Shown here: piece by piece, positions 9,392-20,415 of the stretch | Layout: each line of letters starts with the position of its first letter | How positions within the stretch are numbered: the first letter of the stretch is position 1 | Assembly: GCA_022843945.1 (NCBI GenBank) | Contig: JALHMR010000005.1 | Location: 137,716 to 201,715, forward strand | Direction of reading: 5' to 3' | From: Rhodospirillaceae bacterium | GTDB lineage: Bacteria > Pseudomonadota > Alphaproteobacteria > CACIAM-22H2 | DNA length: 64,000 nucleotides | The notes under the pieces: model-generated | The model's database searches: none | Seen by the model: the letters and a program-made list of their open reading frames with translations, nothing else | What the model was told of the DNA's origin: nothing | Program-made: the position numbers and the translations under genes

Positions 9392-10587
9392 GCCGTGGCT
9401 TCCTCGATGGCCCGCACGCGCGTCACCGTGTGGGCCTGGAGGCGCGGCAGGACATCGCGGGCAAAGCGGCGGATCTGCTCGAGGAACATCTCCTGCGGCA
9501 TGGCGCCGCGGTTGAGGCTGACCTGCACGGTGCTGGCGCCAGCGTGCTCGGCGGCGGCGATGATGCGCTCGGCCACCTCGTCCGGCGTGCCCCAGGGCAG
9601 CTTCTCGGCCGCCTTCGCGACATCGTCCAGCGTCATGTTGCGATAATCTTCGCGCGCGTTCTCCGCCGCCTTCTGGTTTTCCTGGCGCACGTAGTCGGTC
9701 GACGAGGCCGAGGAGTAGCCCGTCGCCCGCTGCATACTGGTCTCGGTGAAGTTGCCGTGGCTGAACAGCGTGCGGTTGAAGTAGAGGAAATACGGACCGT
9801 TCTCCTTGACCGCCTGCGCCTTGCTGTCCGCAACGTAGGCGTTGATGGCGATCGACAGGTGATCGGGCGTGATCTTGTGGCCGTTCTGCGCCAGGCATTT
9901 GGCGTAGTAGCGGATGATGTCGTCCTGCAGGCCGCCGGAGCGCAGGCCCGGGGTGATGACGATGTTGTGCTTGCCGGCGAACTCGATCGACTCCTTGCTG
10001 CCGACGATCGGCACCCAGATCGGGGGGTGCGGGCGCTGCACCGGCCGCGGCCACATGGCGACGTTCTTGTAGGACCAGAACTTTCCTTCGTAGGAGAAGA
10101 CTTCCTCGGTCCAGGCGCGGGTGACGATCTCGTAGGCTTCTTCGAAGCGGGCGCGCGAATCCGCCAGCGGCACGTTGTGCACCTGGTATTCACGCGGGAT
10201 GCCGCGGGCGAAGCCGGAGATCAGGCGGCCATTCGACAGGCAGTCGAGCATGGCCAGCTCCTCGGCCAGGCGCAGCGGTTCGTGCAGCGGCAGGAGATTG
10301 CCGTAGATGAGAAGCTTCAGGTTCTTCGTGCGCTGCGCGGCGGCGGCGGCCAGCAGGTTCGGCGAGTTCATCAGCCCATAGGGCGAGGAGTGGTGCTCGT
10401 TGAAGCCGACCCCGTCGTAGCCGAGGCGGTCCATCTCTTCCCAGGCATCGAGATGCTCGGCATAGGTCTGGACCGCGACCTCCGGCTTGAAATGGCGGCG
10501 CGGCAGCGGATAGGGCAGCCCGTCCTTCTCGCGCAGATGCTCGAGCTGTTCGCCGTAAGGCAGCAAGTCGAAGACAAAGACCTTCAT
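9388..10587 (-). CDS. LLM-class flavin-dependent oxidoreductase (second copy)
   Basis: Start trimmed to MKVFVFDLLPY. The segment YDGVGFNEHHSSPYGLM places it as a paralog of the 4534-5670 protein. Confidence 0.8.
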   Translation of the reverse strand: MKVFVFDLLPYGEQLEHLREKDGLPYPLPRRHFKPEVAVQTYAEHLDAWEEMDRLGYDGVGFNEHHSSPYGLMNSPNLLAAAAAQRTKNLKLLIYGNLLPLHEPLRLAEELAMLDCLSNGRLISGFARGIPREYQVHNVPLADSRARFEEAYEIVTRAWTEEVFSYEGKFWSYKNVAMWPRPVQRPHPPIWVPIVGSKESIEFAGKHNIVITPGLRSGGLQDDIIRYYAKCLAQNGHKITPDHLSIAINAYVADSKAQAVKENGPYFLYFNRTLFSHGNFTETSMQRATGYSSASSTDYVRQENQKAAENAREDYRNMTLDDVAKAAEKLPWGTPDEVAERIIAAAEHAGASTVQVSLNRGAMPQEMFLEQIRRFARDVLPRLQAHTVTRVRAIEEATA

Positions 10588-10815
10588 TACCCTCTCCGTC
10601 GCGTGGGCGGGGACCATAGCGCGCCGGCCGGCCGCTGGTCACCCCTGGCAGGGCGCGCCCGTGGGATGGTCCGTGGGAAGCGCGCCCGGCCGGCACCGGC
10701 CCCCCGCACTGGCCGATCTCACGCCCGAACGGCGCCGGCTCGGCTTGCGCCGTAGTCCGAACGTCCCGGCTGTGGCATCCTCGGGCCTAACACTTTGACC
10801 GATCGGGACTAAACT

Positions 10816-11004
10816 ATGAGTGGCTTCGACAGCGACGACGCCGTGGCGCAGCTCGGGATGGCGGTGGGGCTTCCCATACCCCCCGAATACCGGGAGGGGG
10901 TGCGGCAGAACCTGCAGCTGATCGCCCGCATGGCCGAGCTGGTCGGAGAGGCGCCGCTCGACGACGCCGAGGACGAGCCGGCCACCGCTTTCGTCCCGCG
11001 ATGA
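10816..11004 (+). CDS. Small DUF4089/AtzG-like protein (GatC-like accessory of amidase complexes)
   Basis: 62-aa acidic protein whose stop overlaps the start of an amidase-signature gene. This is the arrangement of AtzG-AtzE. Confidence 0.45.
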   Translation: MSGFDSDDAVAQLGMAVGLPIPPEYREGVRQNLQLIARMAELVGEAPLDDAEDEPATAFVPR

Positions 11005-12422
11005 CCACCGAGGTCCCCGGAGCGCCGGCGACGGCGGCGGATATCGCGGCGGCGGTCGCCTCGCACAAGGTGAGCGCCGCGGCCGTGGTCAAGGCGGCCC
11101 TGGGCCGGATCGGCATGCGCAATCCGGCGTTCAACGCCTTCGTCACCATGACCGCGGAACGCGCCCTCGCCCGGGCCTGGGAGATCGACAACGAAATCGC
11201 CCGCGGCGTGACGCCGGGCCCGCTCGCCGGCGTGCCCTTCGCCGTCAAGAATCTCTACGACGTCGCCGGCCTGCCGACCCTGGCCGGGTCGCGCATCAAC
11301 GCCAGCGCCCGACCGGCGAGCGCCGACGCGGTGGTGGTGCGCCGCCTGGAGGAGGCCGGCGCCATCCTGGTCGGCACCACCGGCATGGGCGAGTACGCCT
11401 ACGATTTCACCGGCAAGAACAGCCACTACGGCCCGACACGTAACCCGCACGACACCGAGCGCCTCACCGGTGGCTCTTCCGGCGGCTCGGCGGCCGCGGT
11501 GGCTGGCGGGCTCGTGCCGCTCGCCCTGGGCTCGGACACCAACGGCTCGATCCGCGTGCCCGCCTCGCTGTGCGGCGTGTTCGGCCTCAAGCCGACCTTC
11601 GGCCGCCTGCCGCGGCGCGGCACCTTCCCCTTCGTCGCCAGCCTCGACCATGTCGGCCCCTTTGCCCGGACGGCTCGCGACCTGGCGCTGACCTACGACG
11701 CCATGCAGGGCTTCGATGCCGACGATCCGGCCTGCGTCGACCGGGCCGTCGAGCCGGCAACGCCGTCGCTCAACCGCGGCCTGGGCGGGCTCCGCCTGGC
11801 CGTTGCCAGCGGCGACTTCGTCGCGGGCGGCACCGCCGAATCAGGCGAGGCCCTGGCACGGGCCGCGGCGGTGCTTGGCATCACGTTGCGCGTCGAGATC
11901 CCGGAAGCGGCCCGGGCCCGCGCCGCCGCCTCCGTGATCACCGCCGCCGAGGGCGGAGCGCTGCATTTCGAGCGCCTGCGCGCCCGGGCCGCCGAGTTCG
12001 ATCCCAACACCAGGGACCGGTTCTTTGCCGGGGCTCTCACCCCCGCCGCCTGGGTCAACCGCGCGCAGCGCTTCCGCCAGCGCTACCGCCGCCAGATCGC
12101 CAAGCTGTTTGAGAGCGTCGACATCATCCTCGCTCCGACCACGCCGGTCAGCGCGCCACGGCTCGACCAGGCGAGCGTGCTCTCCGCCGGCATCGACGTG
12201 CCGGTCGGCCGCGTGCTCGGCCTCTACGCTCAGCCGCTGTCGTTCATCGGCCTGCCGGTCGCTTCCGTGCCGATCGCCGGCTTCGACATGCCGATCGGCA
12301 TCCAGGTGATCGGCCGGCCCTGGGAAGAGGCCAGCGTCATCGCCGTGGCCGCGGAGCTCGAGCGCCGCGGCGTGGCGGCGGCACCGGTCGCCGGCTCGGG
12401 AACAACCTTCTGGAGTCAGTGA
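11001..12422 (+). CDS. Amidase-signature family enzyme (AtzE/GatA-like)
   Basis: [14 protein letters not shown] amidase signature and a Ser-cisSer-Lys triad context; 473 aa. Confidence 0.85.
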   Translation: MTTEVPGAPATAADIAAAVASHKVSAAAVVKAALGRIGMRNPAFNAFVTMTAERALARAWEIDNEIARGVTPGPLAGVPFAVKNLYDVAGLPTLAGSRINASARPASADAVVVRRLEEAGAILVGTTGMGEYAYDFTGKNSHYGPTRNPHDTERLTGGSSGGSAAAVAGGLVPLALGSDTNGSIRVPASLCGVFGLKPTFGRLPRRGTFPFVASLDHVGPFARTARDLALTYDAMQGFDADDPACVDRAVEPATPSLNRGLGGLRLAVASGDFVAGGTAESGEALARAAAVLGITLRVEIPEAARARAAASVITAAEGGALHFERLRARAAEFDPNTRDRFFAGALTPAAWVNRAQRFRQRYRRQIAKLFESVDIILAPTTPVSAPRLDQASVLSAGIDVPVGRVLGLYAQPLSFIGLPVASVPIAGFDMPIGIQVIGRPWEEASVIAVAAELERRGVAAAPVAGSGTTFWSQ

Positions 12423-12799
12423 GCATGCTCGCCGTGAACCTGCCCGAGGTCGTCGCCGAGGTTTCAGCGGCGTTCCAGCGCTACGAACAGGCGCTGGTGA
12501 CCAACGACGTCGAGGCCCTCGACGAGCTGTTCTGGCGCAGCCCGCACACGCTACGTTACGGCGTCGCGGAGAACCTGTACGGCTGGGAGCAGATCGCCTC
12601 GTTCCGCGCCGCCCGTTCCCCGGCGGGCCTGGCGCGCACGCTGCAGAACACCGTCATCACCACCTACGGCCGCGACATGGCCACCGCCAACACCGAGTTC
12701 CGGCGTGAGACCACGACCAAGACCGGCCGGCAGAGCCAGACCTGGGTGCGCATGCAAGAAGGCTGGCGCATCGTCTCGGCCCACGTCAGCCTCATCTGA
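12419..12799 (+). CDS. NTF2-like/SnoaL-like small protein (AtzH/DUF3225-like)
   Basis: 126 aa, 4-bp overlap with the amidase gene. A small NTF2-fold protein follows the amidase, as in the atzEGH arrangement. Confidence 0.45.
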   Translation: MSMLAVNLPEVVAEVSAAFQRYEQALVTNDVEALDELFWRSPHTLRYGVAENLYGWEQIASFRAARSPAGLARTLQNTVITTYGRDMATANTEFRRETTTKTGRQSQTWVRMQEGWRIVSAHVSLI

Positions 12800-12801
12800 T
12801 C

Positions 12802-13275
12802 ATGAAACCCGCCAGCGCGCCGGCCGCCCTTCGTGTCCAGGAATTGCTCGGCCCCGACTATGCCGTGGTCGAGTTCGACGCCAGCACGCGCACCTCGGCC
12901 GAGGCGGCCGCGGCCATCGGCTGCGAGGTGGCGCAGATCGCCAAGTCCCTGGTCTTCCGCACCATCAGCGGCCGGCCCGTCCTGGTCGTATGCTCGGGCA
13001 GTAACCGGGTAGACGAGAAGAAGGTCGGTGCGCTGCTGAGCGAGAAGATCAGCCGCCCCGATGCCGATTTCGTGCGAGAGAAGACCGGCTACGCCATCGG
13101 CGGCGTGGCCCCCATTGGCCACAGCACGCGGATGCAGATCCTGCTCGACGAGGATCTCAAACGGCTCGACCCGATCTGGGCCGCCGCCGGCACCTCCAAC
13201 GCCGTCTTCCGCCTGAGCGCCGCGGCGCTGGAGAAGATCACCGGCGGGCGCTTCGTCGACGTCGCCAAGCGCTGA
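12802..13275 (+). CDS. YbaK/ProX-type aminoacyl-tRNA deacylase domain protein
   Basis: About 157-aa protein with YbaK-like motifs (...GYAIGGVAPIGH...). Confidence 0.65.
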   Translation: MKPASAPAALRVQELLGPDYAVVEFDASTRTSAEAAAAIGCEVAQIAKSLVFRTISGRPVLVVCSGSNRVDEKKVGALLSEKISRPDADFVREKTGYAIGGVAPIGHSTRMQILLDEDLKRLDPIWAAAGTSNAVFRLSAAALEKITGGRFVDVAKR

Positions 13276-13287
13276 TCGTTCCCGCTC

Positions 13288-15096
<1,809 letters not shown>

Positions 15097-15108
15097 ATCC
15101 GCCGCCAA

Positions 15109-15198
15109 TGGCGGACAGGGTGGGATTCGAACCCACGATACCATTGCTGGTATACCGGTTTTCGAGACCGGCGCCTTCAGCCACTCGGCCACCTGTCC
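15109..15198 (-). tRNA. tRNA-Ser (anticodon CGA), long variable arm
   Basis: The reverse complement reads GGACAGGTGGCCGAGTGGCTGAAGGCGCCGGTCTCGAAAACCGG...GGTTCGAATCCCACCCTGTCCGCCA. The acceptor stem is GGACAGG/CCTGTCC, the loop CUCGAAA gives anticodon CGA, and a T-loop and encoded CCA are present. Confidence 0.9.
15160..15198. repeat. 39-bp direct repeat (left copy, inside tRNA-Ser 5' half); putative att core
   Basis: tttcgagaccggcgccttcagccactcggccacctgtcc is identical to 42056-42094. Confidence 0.85.
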
Positions 15199-15316
15199 GC
15201 GCGTTGTTTTTCTTACACTTTCGCCGTTGTGGGGCAAGAACGAATTGGCATCAAAAATCCGTAAAATTTCCTTGCAACCCGTTTGCAACCCAAATTCTCC
15301 CGTCGCCTCAGAATAC

Positions 15317-15900
15317 CTACCCGGTTTGTTCTCCCGGTGGCTCTTTCTTCTTTTTGGCCCCGCGTAACGCCTGATCGATCTTTTCGGCCGCCTCGCTGTC
15401 CATGCCCGGCATGACCGAGCTGTACAGATCCATGGTAATTCCGATGGACGCGTGCCCGGCGCGCGCGCTCGCCACCTTCGGATGGACACCCGACGCACAA
15501 AGCCAGGTAATGTGGGTATGCCTTAAGTCGTGGAACCTGATCTTGAGGCCCATCTCCAGCATGATCCTGTGAAACCCGCTGCTCAGGCATGTAGGGTTCT
15601 GCAGGCGGCCGTTTCGTTGGCACACGACCAAGTCGTTGTCTTCGTAACCAGAGCCCAATCCCCGTCATCCGCTTCGACCGGAAGATGAGGGTGTCGACGC
15701 TGGCGCTGGTCGAGATGCTCAAGAATCCGCAGGGATATTGCCCGACCTGAGGGATCGCTCCTGCTGGGAACATAGAAGGGCAGTTGCTCATTGCCGAGCC
15801 CACCACACTCCGTCGGCACTGGCTGCCGCCGTGCATCGACGGCAGCGTCCGAACGGCCTGCGCCATCGTAGAGAGAGGCCGCAACGCAGCGGGGCGGCAA
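15317..15900 (-). pseudogene. Tyrosine recombinase (integrase) remnant, frameshifted/truncated
   Basis: Only the 113-aa C-terminal catalytic fragment remains (15317-15658: ...RFHDLRHTHITW...HASIGITMDLYSSV, the R-H-R-Y region). Upstream reading frames are broken and overlap other ORFs. Confidence 0.7.
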
Positions 15901-15960
15901 GTTTATGTGAACAATTAGTCCAAATTCGACTATTCGATTGAGGACTTTAGAAGATGGCGG

Positions 15961-16191
15961 ATGAAGCGTGTCTTCACCCGCCGCTATAAGGCCATTATTC
16001 AGGAGCTGCGGATCGCCCGCGAGGAGGCAGGGCTCACCCAGGAAGAGATGGCCAAGCGCTTCGACACCAAGCAGACGACGATCTCCAAGATCGAGCGTGG
16101 CGAGCGCAAGCTCGACATCCTCGGCTTCATGGACTGGTGTCACATCACCAAAGCGGATCCCTGCGCGATCCTCAAACGCATCCCCCGTTAG
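15961..16191 (+). CDS. XRE/Cro-CI family HTH transcriptional regulator
   Basis: 76 aa; LTQEEMAKRFDTKQTTISKIERGERK is a classic HTH_XRE motif. It lies divergent from the integrase remnant. Confidence 0.7.
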   Translation: MKRVFTRRYKAIIQELRIAREEAGLTQEEMAKRFDTKQTTISKIERGERKLDILGFMDWCHITKADPCAILKRIPR

Positions 16192-16290
16192 CCCACTGGC
16201 AAGGCGTAAGTTGCCGCCTCGTGGTGGAAAATTAGTCCAAAATAGACTATTCTGATTTGTACTTTGCCTACGCCAGTACGGGGGGGATGG

Positions 16291-16683
16291 ATGCAGAGGA
16301 TCGTTTCGATCATCGGGGTGCTAGGGTTTCTCACGTCATGCGTCACGTCACAGCCGGCGAGCCCGCCAGGCGCCACGATCGAGGCAGCGAAGCCCGGCGA
16401 CCACAATCTCGACTGCACCGAGCTGCGCAGCGAGATGGCGCAGATGGACGTCTTTATCCGCGACGGCGAGCGGGTTGAAGCCGAGCGGCAGCGGGACGCG
16501 ACGGCCAATACGGCGGGGGGAGTGGCAGCGGGCTACGCCGTGCCAATGGGCGGGCTTCTCTACCAAATGGGCCTTTCTCACCCAAAGGCGAACGAGTGGA
16601 CTACGGCGCGGGAACGCGCGGGCCAGGCGATACGCCGCAAGGAGCAGTTGGTCATGCTCTTCAACCAGAAGCGCTGCTCATGA
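16291..16683 (+). CDS. Hypothetical lipoprotein
   Basis: MQRIVSIIGVLGFLTSC is a signal peptide with an L-T-S-C lipobox; no recognisable domain. Confidence 0.45.
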   Translation: MQRIVSIIGVLGFLTSCVTSQPASPPGATIEAAKPGDHNLDCTELRSEMAQMDVFIRDGERVEAERQRDATANTAGGVAAGYAVPMGGLLYQMGLSHPKANEWTTARERAGQAIRRKEQLVMLFNQKRCS

Positions 16684-16922
16684 GACTTCTCCTCGCCTTT
16701 GTGCTGCCCTGGCTGACGTTCTTCACAGTCGGCAGACCTATCGCCGGCATCGTCTGCCTGGCCCTGCAGCTCACTCTGATCGGTTGGATCCCGGCCACGG
16801 TCTGGGCGGTCCACGCGCTGGGCCAGCACCTGACAGACGTCAAGATCGCAGCCCTTCGCCGGGAGTTGCTCGGAAAAGCTGCGCCCCCTGCCGGTGAGCC
16901 GGCCGCATCTCACCCGGGCTGA
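16680..16922 (+). CDS. YqaE/Pmp3-family small membrane proteolipid with C-terminal extension
   Basis: MRLLLAFVLPWLTFFTVGRPIAGIVCLALQLTLIGWIPATVWAVHAL matches the UPF0057 pattern (...LT..GWIP...HA). The start is an internal ATG of ORF 16596. Confidence 0.55.
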   Translation: MRLLLAFVLPWLTFFTVGRPIAGIVCLALQLTLIGWIPATVWAVHALGQHLTDVKIAALRRELLGKAAPPAGEPAASHPG

Positions 16923-17560
16923 GTTCGGCAAGACCCATGGCTCACGTCAGGAAGGGGCACAATGCGCCGGCGCCGCAGTGGTGGAAGCATCTGCGGGATT
17001 GGAAGCGCGTCTTCTGGAAGAAGGAGCGGAAGGCAACGAAACGGCTGGTTCGCGATCAGGTGCGAGAGCGCTTCCCCCCGAGTATCGCATAAGAATCCGA
17101 GTCTTCAGCGACACGGACGTCAAGATTGCGTCGCTTCCCGCGAGCTGATCGGCAAGGAAGCTTTGCCGCCTTTAATACTGCGGAAAAGCGGCTCGGGGTA
17201 CGCCATGCTATCCCAGACCTGATAAACGCAGGGCTGCTAGAGTCCAGCGGCCGCGGATATCACGGGCGACATATTGTCGCCGCCTCTGTAGCAGGCCTGG
17301 GGCGGCAGATCCGGCCTCTACCGAGTGCGCGCCGCGAACGAAAGCTCTCATTCAGACGGTTGTGTTGCGTCGGAAAACCAACACTCCAACGGCGGTTACA
17401 GATCCTGGCGGGTCAGATCGTGCCGAGGGCGGCGCTGATACGCGACCAGCCGGTGCTCAAGGGCCTTCAGTTCCTACCGAGGGATTTGCCGCTAACGCGC
17501 CCTCGGCGGGAGATGCGGATGCAATAGGATCATCTGTGCTGGCAAAGCTGCAGTGAAGAG

Positions 17561-18070
17561 CTACTTCTCTCGCAATTTCTCAAAAAACACACTGAGCGGG
17601 TCCGGCTCGTATCTTCCAAAAGGGCCTCGTTCTCTATAGCCGCATTTGCGGTAGAGCCCGATAGCATCCGGTTGCTTAACCCCAGTTTCGAGCCGAATGG
17701 TGGAGGTTTTCTCTGACCAGGCAACCTCCTCCAGCGCAACCAGCAAGCGCTTGCCAAGGCCGAGGCCCCTCATCTCGGGATCAACAAACATGCTCTTGAG
17801 CTCGGCTGTACCGTCATCAGCCAGGATGAGTGCGCCGCATCCCACTGGCCGGCCATCGAGACGAGCGACTAAAAGTCGGGCCGTCGGTGGCCGTAGCGCG
17901 TCGAGTCCTATACTGTGGACACTCGCTGTCGGATAGAGCGAATTGGCCTGAGCTTCCGCACGGCGCAGAATGCTTATTATGTCCGGCTCTGTCGCAACAC
18001 CCGGTTCTATGGAAAACGCTGCGCTTCGGCTCGGCCGGGCTCCTGTGCCTTCGTGATCAATGCTGCCCAT
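17561..18070 (-). CDS. GNAT-family N-acetyltransferase
   Basis: The VGCGALIL...RGLGLGKRLL acetyl-CoA-binding motif; 169 aa. Confidence 0.75.
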   Translation of the reverse strand: MGSIDHEGTGARPSRSAAFSIEPGVATEPDIISILRRAEAQANSLYPTASVHSIGLDALRPPTARLLVARLDGRPVGCGALILADDGTAELKSMFVDPEMRGLGLGKRLLVALEEVAWSEKTSTIRLETGVKQPDAIGLYRKCGYRERGPFGRYEPDPLSVFFEKLREK

Positions 18071-18076
18071 CCGGGC

Positions 18077-18799
18077 TCAATCTCCGGCACTTGGAGCTGA
18101 TTTCTGCGCTACAAAAATGGCGCGATCACCCGGTTGTTTCGCCGAGCCTTCGAAGGACCCGAATAGCTGAACTCGACGAAAGCCGGCATTTTCCAGCATC
18201 ACGCGAAGTTGGTCAGAAGTATACACGCGAAGCCAGCAGTCAAAAACCTGTTTGCCGTCTCGCAAGAACGTCGTTGATAGCAGGCCGCGATCCCAATCCA
18301 TCGTGGCAACCTCGCTGTATCTTTGACCGTTTCGAAGTTCGCGTGTTGTCTTTCCGTCAAAACTCTTGCGGACTCGATCGGCGTCAGCGACTTCGATGAT
18401 CAATCGTCCGCTCGGCCGCAGGCATTGGTGCCAACTGTTGAGCAGCTTTGCGTCTTCCGACTGACTCTCGAAATAGCCGAAGCTAGAAAACAAGTTGAGG
18501 ATCAGGTCGTAGGGTTCCCCCGGCGGATGCCTCATATCGGCCCGCCGATATTTCGGGCCGGGATTCTGTCGCTGAGCGAACTCTAACTGCTCCTTTGACA
18601 AGTCAATCGCAGTTACGTCGAACCCAAGTCGGTGCAATGCCGCTGCGTATCGGCCAATTCCACACGGCGCATCGAGCACGCGCTCTCCAGCAGACAATCC
18701 TGCAAGATCCACTATCGCACGTGCGTTACGTTCAGTTTGCGCGTAGAGCCCGACAGCTTCGCATGCTTCGACAAACTCGAGCGGGTAGGCGACATCCAC
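18077..18799 (-). CDS. Class I SAM-dependent methyltransferase
   Basis: Motif I VLDAPCGIGRYA and a post-I acidic residue (DVTAIDLS); 240 aa. Confidence 0.75.
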   Translation of the reverse strand: MDVAYPLEFVEACEAVGLYAQTERNARAIVDLAGLSAGERVLDAPCGIGRYAAALHRLGFDVTAIDLSKEQLEFAQRQNPGPKYRRADMRHPPGEPYDLILNLFSSFGYFESQSEDAKLLNSWHQCLRPSGRLIIEVADADRVRKSFDGKTTRELRNGQRYSEVATMDWDRGLLSTTFLRDGKQVFDCWLRVYTSDQLRVMLENAGFRRVQLFGSFEGSAKQPGDRAIFVAQKSAPSAGD

Positions 18800-19024
18800 G
18801 TTCTCTCTCCCTCGCTGCGGCTACATTCGTATCGAACCCATGCGATACGCCGATCAAGAATTGATTATGCCCGCATAGATTGTCAACGGATTGCTACGCA
18901 CGTATTCCGCGCACAACTGTAGGTACAGTCAGATTTTTTTATACAACCTCGGAGATTGATTTACACAAAGACCTCTCTATGATCGCGCCGCTTTGCTGCA
19001 CCCACTACATCACAAGAGGCGCAC

Positions 19025-20401
19025 ATGAGTCGGGGAGGTCGGTTCAAGTACGAGACAAACATCCTGATGGCCTCTCGTTACGGACACCATCGAAGCGCGT
19101 TGTGGCCGCCAGGCCCGTTACACAATCTGTTTTGCCTAGATCTTGCTGCTTATGCGCCGCCACTTTCTCCGCGCTTCTACGTCGAGCTCGATAACATTCG
19201 CTTTCTCGTCGCGGCCGAATGGGAGCGGTGCAAGGCTGCGGGGACGGCGCTCGATCGTCGGTTCGCTGAAGCATCAGCTCTGGCAGCGGCGTTTCGGAGC
19301 CTGAGCACCCACGTGGTGGACGAGCAAGATCGAGCTGCACTTGCGCACAGGGAGAGAGCGATGCTGACCGGCTATACGCCGGAGATACTTCGCGGGCTCG
19401 CGGAAACGGATGAGAAACTCACTGTCGTTGCTGGACACCTCTCAACCTGGTTTGGAAAAGAGGCTGCCGGCCGGCCCACGGTTTTTGCTGCCATTCGCGA
19501 CGAAGCAACCGAGCGCCTCGTTGCTAGCACGACCGCGACGGTACCGGAACTTGCCGACTACGTGTCCAGAATAGATCCCGACCTGATGTTCGCCTCGCCT
19601 CCCGCGTTCAGTTCGACAAACGTGTTTTTTATGGCCGGCGAGGGCAACCTTCATCCGAAGCATGTCGCATACTTCCTGCCGGAGGACGAGGGCGTTCGGG
19701 GGTCTCCATACAAAAAGACCTACTACTTCAACAACACGCACCGCGCCTACGTGTCGTCGATTTCATTGCCTCTCTATGAGCAGTACGCAGCACACGATCA
19801 GATTTGCAGCGCAGACAGCCTTGACCTGTTGCCTGCTCTTGGGGTGCGCGCACACGATCTCGGCCATAGTGTTAATCGTGCAAAGACCACCTTTCGCGAG
19901 CTGAACCGGCGTCATCGCTGGGAATCAGTGCTGCTCCAAGAGACAGCAGCGGACGTCTTTGGAGCGCTGTTCATTACCGATGTGTGGCCAAAGCACTTTC
20001 AGTACTCGGCCGAAGAAGGCGTCGCCTATTTTCTTGCTGAGTGCCTGCGCTACGTCGATCGAGGCCTCGGGCTCTTTCCAGATTCGGACGGAATGTTCCT
20101 GCAGCTGAACTATCTTCAGCAACATTCATATCTCCACATCGACCGTTCGCCATCGCCTCGGCTTCGGTGGGATCCGCAAGAAGTCGTCCGCGGTCTCCAA
20201 GCGCTGGCCCGTGTCCTGGCTGACGTAGTCCTTTCGGGCGATGCCGGGGCTGCCGTTGCATTCCACCACGAGTATGGGCCTTCGAATCGAAGCGCTCTAT
20301 CAGGCCTGCTCACATCGCTGGAAAGCCGCCCAATGGCATCGATCGAGTACCTGCAGGAGCATGTTGTTTCGGAGCACAGCAAATCCACCGAAGCCGCCTA
20401 A
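19025..20401 (+). CDS. Hypothetical protein (458 aa), first gene of the plus-strand operon
   Basis: Long ORF with island-like codon usage and no recognisable motif. It contains HDLGH and several conserved-looking His/Asp residues. Confidence 0.5.
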   Translation: MSRGGRFKYETNILMASRYGHHRSALWPPGPLHNLFCLDLAAYAPPLSPRFYVELDNIRFLVAAEWERCKAAGTALDRRFAEASALAAAFRSLSTHVVDEQDRAALAHRERAMLTGYTPEILRGLAETDEKLTVVAGHLSTWFGKEAAGRPTVFAAIRDEATERLVASTTATVPELADYVSRIDPDLMFASPPAFSSTNVFFMAGEGNLHPKHVAYFLPEDEGVRGSPYKKTYYFNNTHRAYVSSISLPLYEQYAAHDQICSADSLDLLPALGVRAHDLGHSVNRAKTTFRELNRRHRWESVLLQETAADVFGALFITDVWPKHFQYSAEEGVAYFLAECLRYVDRGLGLFPDSDGMFLQLNYLQQHSYLHIDRSPSPRLRWDPQEVVRGLQALARVLADVVLSGDAGAAVAFHHEYGPSNRSALSGLLTSLESRPMASIEYLQEHVVSEHSKSTEAA

Positions 20402-20415
20402 GGACGAGGAACCCG

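Noticed and set aside
8540-10054. 504-aa minus-strand ORF, as if the SDR had a 220-aa N-terminal extension
   Set aside because: The extension overlaps the LLM oxidoreductase gene in another frame. A GTG start with a GTGA stop-start overlap gives a normal 283-aa SDR.
15583-16143. 186-aa minus-strand ORF upstream of the integrase fragment, as a possible integrase N-terminus
   Set aside because: No SAM-like or core-binding integrase motifs. It overlaps the XRE regulator gene on the other strand. More likely frameshift debris of the decayed integrase region.
16923-17560. ORFs 16962-17222 and 17126-17527 in the gap between the YqaE-like gene and the GNAT gene
   Set aside because: Short and overlapping each other, with no motifs and poor coding character. 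The region is treated as intergenic or degraded.
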